Shown here piece by piece: positions 11,992 through 23,900 of a stretch of 64,000 nt of DNA; position 1 is the first letter of the stretch, and every line of letters starts with the position of its first letter. The stretch covers positions 29,760,001 through 29,824,000 of the forward strand of contig NC_091469.1 in assembly GCF_036971445.1 (NCBI RefSeq), written 5' to 3'. The notes beneath the pieces were generated by a model. That model worked only from the letters and a program-made list of their open reading frames with translations, did not search any database and was not told where the DNA came from. This DNA comes from Narcine bancroftii (Eukaryota). The position numbers and the translations under genes were made by a program.

Positions 11992-12958
11992 ACCGGCCCG
12001 AGCCGGCCGCCCCAGCGCTGACCGGCCCGAGCCGGCCGCCCCAGCGCTGACCGGCCCGAGCCGGCCGCCCCAGCGCTGACCGGCCCGAGCCGGCCGCCCC
12101 AGCGCTGACCGGCCCGAGCCGGCCGCCCCAGCGCTGACCGGCCCGAGCCGGCCGCCCCAGCGCTGACCGGCCCGAGCCGGCCGCCCCAGCGCTGACCGGC
12201 CCGAGCCGGCCGCCCCAGCGCTGACCGGCCCGAGCCGGCCGCCCCAGCGCTGACCGGCCCGAGCCGGCCGCCCCAGCGCTGACCGGCCCGAGCCGGCCGC
12301 CCCAGCGCTGACCGGCCCGAGCCGGCCGCCCCAGCGCTGACCGGCCCGAGCCGGCCGCCCCAGCGCTGACCGGCCCGAGCCGGCCGCCCCAGCGCTGACC
12401 GGCCCGAGCCGGCCGCCCCAGCGCTGACCGGCCCGAGCCGGCCGCCCCAGCGCTGACCGGCCCGAGCCGGCCGCCCCAGCGCTGACCGGCCCGAGCCGGC
12501 CGCCCCAGCGCTGACCGGCCCGAGCCGGCCGCCCCAGCGCTGACCGGCCCGAGCCGGCCGCCCCAGCGCTGACCGGCCCGAGCCGGCCGCCCCAGCGCTG
12601 ACCGGCCCGAGCCGGCCGCCCCAGCGCTGACCGGCCCGAGCCGGCCGCCCCAGCGCTGACCGGCCCGAGCCGGCCGCCCCAGCGCTGACCGGCCCGAGCC
12701 GGCCGCCCCAGCGCTGACCGGCCCGAGCCGGCCGCCCCAGCGCTGACCGGCCCGAGCCGGCCGCCCCAGCGCTGACCGGCCCGAGCCGGCCGCCCCAGCG
12801 CTGACCGGCCCGAGCCGGCCGCCCCAGCGCTGACCGGCCCGAGCCGGCCGCCCCAGCGCTGACCGGCCCGAGCCGGCCGCCCCAGCGCTGACCGGCCCGA
12901 GCCGGCCGCCCCAGCGCTGACCGGCCCGAGCCGGCCGCCCCAGCGCTGACCGGCCCGA
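11992..12958 (+). repeat. 29-bp GC-rich minisatellite, about 33 essentially identical copies
   Basis: Unit ccggcccgagccggccgccccagcgctga; the 29-aa periodicity of the overlapping ORF agrees with a 29-bp unit. Confidence 0.97.
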
Positions 12959-14409
12959 AGGGACAGGAGCTGGAGTGTGCTCTGAGGCACCGTCTGGCAG
13001 TTGTCCCTTTCAGGTGGCCAGCGCTAGGCTGTCAGCACTGCCACCTGAATGTCCATTCGACAGGTCTGAATCCGCTTCTGCAGGCGCATTCTTGGCGGAG
13101 AATGCACCTGAAAGTGGCTATAGACAGGTGTCTGAAAACTCTGCCTGCTTACTTTACTGCTCTGTGTGATGACTCGAGGCAGGATAAAACATCAGCAAGC
13201 TCACTATAACTGTTCCAGTCAGAGGCCAACACCTATTCAGCATAAGCTCTGGTAATATTTGTAAAACCATAAACATACATGTATTATGTTGTTAGTTGAT
13301 GCAGGATTTTATCAAACATTTTACCCACAGTTGGCAGTTCTATCCAATTTATGCAAATAACCAACATGGGGTGGGGTGTTTTTTTATTGGTTTGCACATT
13401 AAGAGTTAATGGCACAAAAATCTTGCATTTACATAACATCCACCATCTTCTCAGTAACATTCAAAGGCTGAAAAAAAAACACTGTTCAGTTTGTCAACTT
13501 GGTGAGCAAGGACAAAGGGGTCAGAAGGGCCTGTTCTGTGCCGCATGACTGGATGTCCAACTGTAATTTTTTTTCAATTACCAATAACACTGCAAATTTC
13601 AATAATCAAGCCAGTTTGCAAGGTTATGTTGATATTTATTTCAATAGATCAACAGCCAATAAGTCAGGTGATTTCCCCAAGAAAATGCAATGAAGGATAG
13701 CACCCAATTAATCTCAGCCACCTGCAGTAGCATTGTCACCGCGCTTGTTAGGCAGCGAGTTATCCAATCATCTTCTGGCTGTTGTCTTACTTGTCACTGA
13801 CAACTTTCCTTTAACCTTAGTGGAATGGAAACTAAACTCAGACTGGTAAATGTTGGATAGCAAAAATCAATTTAATTCACTTCTCGCTTTCCGCTGAAGT
13901 TTAAATGACAGATCTCAGTTAATGGATAGTACTTACAACTCATTTTGGATTGAAATTTCATTAAATGAATTGCCTGCATAAAGGGTAAAGCCTCAGGTTA
14001 ATGGGCTACCAACAACACCACTACTTTTAAACTATGTTATTTGCACAACTGCCCCAGAAGTAACTCGAATCCTTTTGAACAGGTCAGTTGAGCATAGTTC
14101 CTCCATGATCATATTTGGAGAAAGGATCGTGCATTTCTATAGAATCTTACACAACCTAAAATACTTCAAGGACAAGGAAGCATTTGCAAACAGTTGCCTA
14201 AGAGGAATCACAGCTGCTGCCACAAACAGCAATATGGAAATAACCAGATAAGTCAGAAGAAATATTGACTTCTTGGTTCACTGAGGACAATTTTGGTGTC
14301 CTACTTCAAAACAATCCCATTCGATCTTTTATATCCATGAGGGTCTGCTTGGGCAATATCTCACCTGAAGGACAAATCTCCAGTAGTACCATACTGCCCT
14401 ATGTACTGC

Positions 14410-14935
14410 ATAGGACAGAGAATAATAAAGGACCGGAAAACGGCCTTTGGCCCATAATGTCTGCAGCAAACAGGATGCCAAACTAAAGTAAATCTCTTCT
14501 CCCTGTATGTGATCCATATCTATGTGTTGACCTAAAAGCCTTTTAGACACTACTGTTGCATCTACATCCACCTCTACTGGCAGGCCATTCCAGGCACCTA
14601 CACGAGTAAATAAAAAACTTGCCCACACCTTCCCCCTCATCTCTTAAATGCATGTCCTCTAGTATTTTATTCCCCCCCCCACCCCTATGGAGAAAAATGA
14701 TTCTGTTCACCCTATCCAAATCTCTCTCAATTTTGTAAGCTTATCAGGTGTACCCACAGGCTCTGACATTTCAGAGAACACAACCCAAATTATTCCAACT
14801 TCTCTTTAAAGCTCAAACTCTAATCCAGGAGGCATCCTCATAAATCCTTTCGGCACTTTTTCCAAAGCCTCCACACCTTTTCTGTAATGGGGCAAATAGG
14901 ATTGCACATAATCCTTCAACTATGGCATAACCAAA
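14410..14935 (-). mobile_element. CR1-type LINE 3' fragment
   Basis: Typical shark CR1 3' sequence in reverse (ggcctttggcccataatgtc...ggcaggccattccaggcacc...tccaaagcctccacacc...tatggcataaccaa); homologous to 44838-45820. Confidence 0.7.
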
Positions 14936-15086
14936 TTTATATTGGTATGTGAGTGGGAAGGTTAAAAATCACTGCTCTAGACCCAATTGTTACTGAAATA
15001 TCTTGCTTGAGAAAAATTGTCATTGGCCCATTTCCTTTGGAGTTCTAAAACCGTGCACTTAACAAGTCAATTAGGAAAGATTAAAA

Positions 15087-15217
15087 CAGTGGTTTTCAAA
15101 CTTTTTCTTTCCACCAACATACCATCTTAAGTAATCCCTTACTAATTACAGAGCACCTGTGGCATAGGAATTACTTAAAGTGGTATGTGAGTGGAAAGAA
15201 AAAGGTTGAGAACCACT
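15087..15217. mobile_element. hAT-like palindromic MITE
   Basis: cagtggttttcaaactttttctttccacc ... gtggaaagaaaaaggttgagaaccact inverted ends; a second terminal half lies at about 14944-14975. Confidence 0.7.
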
Positions 15218-18200
15218 TAAAGAAAAAGAAGAAAATTTTAAAAAGGTTTCTGCTCATTTAGTAATAATGTAATTTAATGTAGAAAGGTTTTACAAAACAA
15301 ATGTTGTTAGTATTCTTATAATCCAAGAAATATTACATTTATATCACATATTATTCTATATTTTATTTTGAATTCTATTGTGTTCTTACCTAATTTTCAC
15401 TTCAATCACATGAAACTATGTAAATACATTTAGGCAGTGCATACGATATTGTAATTTAAAGGTGTAATTTTAATGTTGCTAGTTGCTTATCTCACATTAC
15501 ATTCAGTGATATACAGAAATTACAATTTATGAATAACATTAGCACAAAAAACATTACTAAGGATTCTGTATGGTCTGGGAAGAGAGGAGGTCCATGGGTT
15601 AATGCACTGGGTGACACCAACATTCCTACTCTCCTCTGCAGCATGTACATACAACAGATTTCAGTGGATGACAGAGTTATAAAGACTCTGGCCTATTTTC
15701 CCCACAGCTGCCAACCATGTGGCTCGCTCGGAAGACCAAACCTACAACTGTGCTGCAGGTTTCACTTCCTTTCTGCTACAGATTGTGCTTCATTTAAAAA
15801 GTAACAACTCTCCTACAATTACTTAGCTTAATCATTACATTGGTCCTTGAACATTTCCTCTGGGCTTTGCATGATGTAGGTACTGCATCTGAGAATACCA
15901 GATCAACGTTTGGAAATCCAATCTCCCACAGTTACTCCAGCCCTACAGCACATAATGCGATCAAGCTCATATCCATGCATCCTACAGACCAGTTGCTATC
16001 TTGGCATCCCCTCACCCTCTTGGTAAAAAATTCCATTCATCGCCTGTCCTAGCACAGACTAACTGAGCCAAATGTACAATAAATCCTAAAAATGAATTAG
16101 AGGCAAATTGACCAACCAGATGAGCATTATCTAAGAAAATGCCCAGAACCATTTCTTAACTAAAATGTACCCAGCAAAAGGTGTTTGATACACAAACACT
16201 TTTCTTTAGTTATATTAGCCTTTTAAAAAAAATTCAAGAACCTGTTCACACAAAACTGGAGTGAAGTACACTCGATGTCCAAAAGGCCTCTGTCAAAGTT
16301 ATAAGTACGAGGAAAAAAAACCCACCATGCTGAAAACAAACACTGTTTGAAACTGCCATTACTTCCCAATGAAATGAACCACCAACTCAGAAGCTTGAAT
16401 CATATCAAATCAGGAAGCCTCACAATATTCACAGCCTACATCATCTCACAAGTGCACAGTCCTTTTGCAAAGTTCTCCTTCTGCTACTCAAATACACCTC
16501 AATGTGCTCCAGAGTATTGGGGTCTCAATCTCCTGCCAGCTGGGAGATCAGTAAAGACACATCTACATGGCATTTTGGAACAGAAAGTTGTCCCATATGT
16601 AACCAAATTCTTGAATATATCCTCGTCATTCAGACTCACTCAAGCTTGCTTATGGTTGTGGCGAACACATTGTTTCCCTGGCTCATGTGCTCTAATGGTC
16701 TTGCCGAACAAAAATTAGTCAGTTCATCTCCCCTCTCCAGCCACTCGATTTTATTTCTCACTAACTTGCATGTGGGGTTGACTCTGATATCACACTACAG
16801 TGCCCCAACTAATTTGGATTCACCCTCTGGCCTGAAGGAAATAACATACTTTCTCTATTTACTCCTTTTAATGTCTGAAAAAAAAAAGTCAACCACAGAA
16901 ACTCACTGAGTCTGCACTGACCATCAAATACCCATTGACACAAATTATACATTTTATTCTTCCCATGTACCCATCAACCCCTCCCCTCCATCTTCCAGAT
17001 TTTTCCATTTATCATTCAGGTGCCTTGTCGTTCAGGATGTTTCTCCATCTGTCACAATCTCTAACTCTCAGAATTGTAGTTGTTGCCTCCCCTGTTCTCC
17101 TTCGGTGAAGGCTCCTTTGATATCGTAGTCGATATTGAGTTCATGATAATACAAGGGAAAAATACTGAAGTGGTTTCCTGTTGCCTTCTTCAGTTGCAGT
17201 GTCCACAGGTAACCCTGGCCATTGATCAGCAGATTCATCTGCCCACTGTTTTTAATTTTACAACTATAAATTCTAATTTGTAGAATCTGCTTGCAAAAAT
17301 CATCCACAATCCATGGCTTAATGTGACCCTGATTGGGAGGCTAAACAGGTACTACACCTTGCCCAAGGCTGACCTGTAGGTCATCATAGAGAAGGAGTGC
17401 CTTACACCTCCTTTAGCTGAGCAATTGCGCAGCAATGACACCACAATTTTCCATTTACTGCGGGATAACCCGCACTGGCCAGACCGTACATCTTTGGGTG
17501 GTGGCGAGAAATTGGAGAGCCTGGAAGAAACTCACGAGGTCACGGGTAAAGGTGCAAACTCCACTGATATTGGATATATATTCCGGGATAATGACCTAGT
17601 TCCTTTGGTACAAAAAAACATACCTTATTTTGTCTTTTAAAAAAAAAAATCATTTCTCAGAATATGGTAACACCAGTAAGGGTATCATTAATTATCCATT
17701 GCTAAACCTACTGGAGAAGGTGATGGTGAGCTACCATTTTGAACTGCTTCAGTTCATGTGCTAAAGGTGATGTTATAAGACTGTTGGATGGGCATTCCAG
17801 GATTTCAACCAATGATGAAGGAAAGCAATGTCTTTCAAGCCAGTATGATATGTGACTTGGAGGGGAGAGGAATCTGCAGGTGATGGCGGTGCTTTTGTGG
17901 ATTGTTGTTTCAATGCATGGATTTGAGCAGTGCTGTTCGAGTAGCCTTAGTGAGTGACCGACAGGCCCACAGCAGAACCATTCTCAGTGAGGACCAGTCT
18001 CAAATAAGGACATTACCAAAGCACACTTCCCGATCTTCCTTGTGACAATGTTGCATCTCACTGCCAACAAATTTCTTGAGAGAACTAATGGGAAACTATT
18101 CAACAATGCAAATGCATTGACGTGGAGTTCGGTGGACAACTGTTACTTCATTGCATGTTCAGTTGATTTCACAGGAAGAATCTCTACCCTATTTATATAC

Positions 18201-20009
18201 CCTTAAGTACTACAGTACTTAAGAGTAGAGATTCTCATTTCTACCAATACTCCAGAGGCATCCATCATTTCATATTACATTTATTTTTACTTTTATAGGA
18301 TATTAGCAGACACTTTGGAAGGTTTTTGCAATTTACTCTTCATGGTAATTAGAGGGACATATGACCAGGACTCGATCTACGATGCAATCATTTTAAAGTC
18401 CTGATATTCCATTGGTTTGCTGTACTTATGTAAGTTTTGCAAGCCTAAAATGCAGCAGTTTTCACTTGCAGCTTGGCTTGTATTTTTTGGAAATCATCTG
18501 CTGTGAACATCCTCAGAACTGTGACAAATTGAGGGCTTAAACCAACTCAGAATTAAAATTCTCAGTCTTCTATTTAGCCCCCTCATTGGTCAGCATCTCA
18601 CTATCTCTATAGCCTTCTTTGGCCTCTGCAATCTCTGTACTTTGCTTTTGGCCAAGTGATCCCAGATTTCTTTGCTCCATGACTGAATGGCATTTCCTCC
18701 CTAAACCTTTCCATGCTCCGTTATATTGTGTTCAGAAACTATCTATTTGAAAGGGGGTCACCTCCTATTGCATGATCCACAAATGATTCTTCACTAACAT
18801 TTTGGGACAAAGACAGTAAAGACATCATAGAAATAAAAGATACTGAAGGATAAATAATTGTACAGGTAGATTTCAGGTTGGCATTCCTACAGTATGAGGT
18901 AGTCCTGAAATTAACAAACAAAAAGCCCCACAGCATTCGTGTTGGAAAAGTCTGCACAAAATTAGAGAGAAAACAAATAGTTCAAAATTCAGAATGATGA
19001 TTTTGGCAGGGATACTTAGCATGACAGAACTAAGGTGGAAGAATGGAGAGATGGAATAGCTCAGATGGAAAGGAATTGAGGGGTGAATGGACTCAGGAAT
19101 GATACAGCACGACTGATGGTGAAGTTGACAGCATCTTGATCATTCGAATAGAAGAGGAAGTGCCTTTAATAACCAACACACTGTATTTCAGTTCTCTGTA
19201 CTGCAGACATTAATGAACAAGACAACAATGTACAGCTCCAACGACCCAGCAGGCTATTCATCTTTCCAGTGTGCACCTCATCAATTTCCCAGATGGACCA
19301 AGACAGAACTACACAATTACAGGCTGGGCCCTACCTACCTTTGCAGAGCTCTTAGTTGTACAACCCTCAGATCTCTGCCTTCCTTCTGCATGTCAGATTT
19401 TCAATACTCCTCCCAGATCTTCAATTTCCTGGATCAAACTCTACAATTCCCTCCCTGAGCCTCACTCCTCCTTGCAGACATTCCTTACGATCTACCCCTC
19501 TCAGCAATTTCCTTTTCACTGATCTCCATATCTTACCACAAAGCTCAGCGCGGTTCTTTTTGTTAATGTTCCTGTGGCATACCCCTCATCTGTGCTCTAG
19601 AGATGGAAACTGAAAATTTTGTTGCTCTCCTTTGTGTAAAGAGGTGATGACAGTGTTCAAAACTATGACTAGCTTTAAAAAAAAAATACACAAGGGCATA
19701 AACCAAGTTTTGGGGACAGGAAGGTCAGGGACCAGAGATGTAACTTTCAGAGAGGAGTTCTCCCCTCCCCTCCAAACACTGAGTTAGCAGGATCTGGGAT
19801 GCCCTGTTGGAGAATGAATTGATTGCACTTCTGTGGGAGGTGCGAGTCAGGGAAAGGAGGGGGGAGGCTGGCGCAGGGTAGGGAGCTGGAAGTGTCAGTG
19901 AACCAGCAGAACGTCTTGGGCCGAATGGCTTCCGAGCGGTGGATACACGTGCACACAATTTGTCGAAATTGACCCCATCGTTCAATCATCCCTGGGGGAG
20001 TCTAGAATC

Positions 20010-20460
20010 AGGCATCACGAGAAACGACACCACAAAATCCTGTAAGCGAGTCACACCAGCAGGCCTCTCCCCACACCTTCCCCGTCCGCGAAGAGTCGGC
20101 TGACCGCGCGTCCAGCCGCCGGGACCCCCGAGCTCAGCCGCCGGACCCCGTGCAGAAAGCGCTGCTCCAGACGCCGCCGTATCGGGGGTTGGGACAGGGC
20201 AGAGGACACTTTCGTCGGCTTCATCAGGTTCAGCTCGAATACAGCCTCCCCCCTCTCTCCCCTTCCCTTGTATGTGTTTCACGTTCTGCTTCCACACACC
20301 TACCTTGCTGGTTTGGGCAAGTGAGCGCCCTAACGCTGGCTCGACCCCACACCGGGGGACGGTAACGTGCAGTTTGCAGTGAGGTTGATTAAATATCCGG
20401 GCGGGTCTCTGCAGGACAGTTCTGGCCAGTCCTCTGTCTCCTGGTCCTCGTGTTGCGTGG
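20010..20460. promoter_or_regulatory. CpG island, probable host gene promoter or first exon-intron region
   Basis: Non-repetitive, GC-rich and CpG-dense (ccgcgcgtccagccgccgg, gacgccgccgtatcgg) in a CpG-poor background; CCAAT boxes at about 20648 and 20762; G-tract at 20602-20632. Confidence 0.75.
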
Positions 20461-20590
20461 GTCTATTTCTCTCTCTAAATAATGAATGAAAGCAGGTAAC
20501 GTGCGCCTGTGAGTGAGTCTCTCTATCTGGAGCAGGATGGATGGGGAGAAGCGCTGCCTCCACTCTCGCTCATTGAACCGCTGCTGTTCA
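20304..20590 (-). other. Candidate non-coding first exon of an unidentified minus-strand gene (5' boundary approximate)
   Basis: Strong donor CAGCAAG|GTAGGT at 20304/20303, directly downstream of CCAAT boxes and within the CpG island; only a short uORF inside. Confidence 0.5.
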
Positions 20591-21055
20591 ATCACATTCT
20601 TTGGGGTGGGGTGGGGTGGGGGGGGGGGGGGGAGAAGAAGCCCTAATCCAATCAAAATTGGTCCCAACTTTTGAAAAAAACAACTCATGCTTTTGGAATT
20701 TAATCCTTTCTCTTTCGTGATTAACCCTTCCACCCCTTCGTGTGCAGAAGGTCGCTGCACTCCAATCAAAGCAAAGGGAGGGAGAGAACGTTCGGCCCTT
20801 CGGGCCTGTGCTTGCCCGCAAGACCTTCTTTCACCTGACTGACATGGGCTTGTGATCCACCCTCTCCCATCTATTCTCATAGGCATCAATCTATTCAGTT
20901 TAGCAGCAAGCCCGACCACCTCACCACTCTGAGTGAGAAATGTGTCCCTGGTTTTTTTTTCCATGGAATAATTCCTGTCGGCCTTATATGAATGACCTCT
21001 AGTTTTGGAGTCTTTCACAGATGGAAACATTTTTCTCCACTCTCACACTGTTCCG

Positions 21056-21158
21056 CACTGGAGTTGGACAAGAAAGTCTGCAGATGTTGGAGTCGAGCAA
21101 CATGCAGACACGTGGAGAAACTCAGCAGGTCCCGCAGCCCCCACAGAGAGTCAAAGAT
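21056..21158 (-). mobile_element. Penelope terminal remnant interrupted by the Gypsy LTR
   Basis: aagaaagtctgcagatgttggagtc...ggagaaactcagcaggtcccgcagc, the same motif family as 41070-41200. Confidence 0.6.
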
Positions 21159-23900
21159 TGTGGCGGTCCACATAATTGATGGTCAGGCGAACTGACTCAG
21201 TGTGTCATGCACACATCAGCAGAGCAGCCGCGTCAAACGTGGCGCCGTGCGTTCATCTCCTCCAGTGGAGGCTCCAGGCCCACAGGCGCAGGGGTGACGT
21301 GGTTTCCAGGGTAAGGGGCGGGATCTTCTGGTGGCCTTAAAATGCAGCGCGCGAAAGAAAAGTAAATGTTTCGAGTGCAGACGAGCCCACCGACTGCTAG
21401 TCTTATAGTCTTATTTGTTCACTCCGCTACATTGGTGACCCTGAGGAGGGGTCCAGACATCTCTGGACCCCTCAGCATGGACAGTGCAGCAGTTAGTGCC
21501 GTGACGTTAAAACTACCTACTTTCCCCCACACCTGGTTCAGACAGGAGGAGGCACAGTTCCAGAAAAAGCAAATCACCTCCGACTCCACCAAATACTACC
21601 ATGTCGTCAGCTCTTCGGACCAGAAGACGACCTCATACAGAACCCACCAGAGGAATGTAAATACAATACGGGTTCTCCAGATACAAAAGGGCAGTCAGGC
21701 TAATACACCTGGATGACCTGGGAGACAGAACACCATCCGCCCTCATGGATAAAATGCTCACACTGGCAGAAGGCCACAAACCATGCCTTGTTATCAAGCA
21801 GGTGTTTATAGAATAGCTGCCCGACAACATCCAGCTGATGTTGGCCAATGTGGATTTCAGCAACCCCAGGTAAGTCGCTGCCAAAGCGAGAGACCAAGTC
21901 CACTGTCAGCCAGTTGACCCACTCACAAACGGAGCTGCAAACCAAACCCCCACCACCCCGGGACCAACAATGTCCCTGCAGGGCACACAAGAAGTGGACA
22001 CCAAATGGTGTTTCTACCACCAGAGGTGAGGGGCAGATGTCCATAAATGTCGGCAGCCCTGCATGTTTCCAAGAAACGCCCAGGCCAGCTGCCGCTGATG
22101 GCTTCGTCGGCTGGCCATGTAGACAGCCTTCTCCACATTATGGACAAGACCACAGGCTGCAGGTTTCTCGTTGACACAGGTGCAGAAATCATCGTCATCC
22201 CACCAACAGGCTCGACACCCACACAAGACCCCCACGGCCCCACCCTGCGAGCAGCCAACAACATCTCTATAAAGACTTTTGGCAAATGGCGGGTGGCAGT
22301 CTGACTAAGATTCCGCTGCGATTTCATGCTTGCATCTGTACAAAATCCACTACTGGGCACTGACTTCCTGCGAGCGCACAACCTAAAGGCCAAATGACTG
22401 GTACACGCACAAACTTTCCAGACCTTCCCACTTGAGGAGCCAGGAACGCCAGTCCCACAACTTGCCTCAGTGTCAACCCCCACCTATAAATACAGCCACA
22501 TTTTGGCCAAGTTCCCAGCAATCCTCAGGCCCCAATTCACATTCCCCATACTGAAGCATGATGTTCAACACCACACCACCACTTAGGGCCCCCTCCACCA
22601 TGCACGCACTGGACACCTACCTCCAGACAAACTGCAACTGGCAAAGGAAGAGTTCAAACTCATGGAGGAACTGGGCATCGTCCTGAGGTCTGACAGCCCA
22701 TGGGCCTCATCATTACATATGGTCCCGAAAGCCACCGGTGGTTGGTGACTGTGCGGGGATGACAGGTACCTCAACGATGACACCATTTTAGATTGCTATC
22801 CTGTCCCTCACATTCAAGACTTCACAGCCAACCTGCATGGTGCACAAATTTTCTTGAAGATTGACCTGGTGCATGGCTACCATCAGATCCTCATGGATCC
22901 TGATGACCTCAACAAGACGGCCATAATCACGCCTTTTGGCTTCTTTGAGTTCCTGTACATGACTTTCGGCCTCAAGAATGCAGCAGAGTCATTCCAGTGC
23001 CTTATGGATGCAGTTGACAGGGATTTGGATTTCCTTTTATCTTCCTGGATGACATCTTCATTACCAGCAGGGATCACCAGGAACTCACCTCCCACCTATG
23101 CCAGCTATACTCCCGCCTCAGCGATTTCGGCCTCACCATCAACCTGGCCAAGTGCCAGTTTGGACTGGAGGTCATCGATTTCCTGGGCCACAGGATCACC
23201 AGGGATGGCGCGACACTCCTACTGGCCAAAGTGGATGACATTCGCCAATTTTCCAGGCCAACCACAATGAAAGGCCTGCAGGAATTTGTGGGCATGGCCA
23301 ATTTTTACATCCGCTTCATTCCAGCCGCCGCCAAGATCATGTGGCCACTCTTCGCCGTTATGGCTGCAACAAAGAAAGACCTAGTATGGGACGATGAAGC
23401 CTCTGTCATTTTCCAACAAACCAAAGATGCCAATGCCACATTACTGGTACACCCAAAGACAAATGTTCCCACCTCCATCAGCATTGACGCACCTGCCACT
23501 GCCATCAGTGGGGTACTCGAACAGCTTGTGGACGGGGATTGGAAACCCCTAGCTTTCTTCAGCTGCCACTTGAGGCCACCAGAACTCAAATACAGCACTT
23601 TCAATAGGGAGGTGCTGGCACTTTATCTCGTGGTGCGCCATTTCAGATACTTCCTGGAAAGGAGGCCATTCACGGTATTCACTGCCCATTAGCCTTTAAT
23701 GTTTGCCTTTTCAAATGTTTTGGAGACCTGGTCAGCCTGGTAGCAGAGCCACATGGCCTACATCTCTGAATTTACCATGCGCATCTGACACTTATCCGGT
23801 AGAGTCAATGTCGTGGCAGATGCCCTCTCTAGGTCCGCGATTCAAACATTAGCGCCAGGCCTAAACTACACAGTGCTCATGCAGGCAAAGGATTCCCTGT
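21159..23900 (+). mobile_element. Gypsy A: CsRn1-clade LTR retrotransposon, 3'-truncated and decayed
   Basis: LTR TGTGGCGG...CCGCTACA (21159-21431); tRNA-Trp-type PBS tggtgaccc; gag from ATG 21477 (AVTLKLPTF); CHCC motif CFYH-x9-C-x3-C; protease FLVDTGAE; RT KIDLVHGYHQI...FGLKNAA; RNase H; many stops and frameshifts; integrase and 3' LTR missing. Confidence 0.92.

Larger units (their letters stand above)
10943..13119 (+). mobile_element. PIF/Harbinger-like MITE, copy 2 (contains a nested L1 fragment and a 29-bp minisatellite)
   Basis: 15-bp terminal inverted repeats (TIRs) aggcactttcaggtg / cacctgaaagtggct with 1 mismatch; 3-bp TSD ATA (10940-10942 and 13120-13122). Confidence 0.85.

Noticed and set aside
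11992-12958. CRISPR-like 29-bp repeat
   Set aside because: Units are head-to-tail with no spacers, there are no cas genes, and the context is vertebrate.
11869-12990. 373-aa repetitive ORF
   Set aside because: Translation of the 29-bp array; the 29-aa period simply reflects cycling through three frames.
17020-17210. Plus-strand exon-like segment (ttcag...cag|gtaacc)
   Set aside because: Stops in all three frames and no supporting neighbouring exons; cannot be supported.
20389-21030. 213-aa ORF over the promoter region
   Set aside because: Begins in a CR1 remnant and runs through a C/G homopolymer; no recognisable domain.
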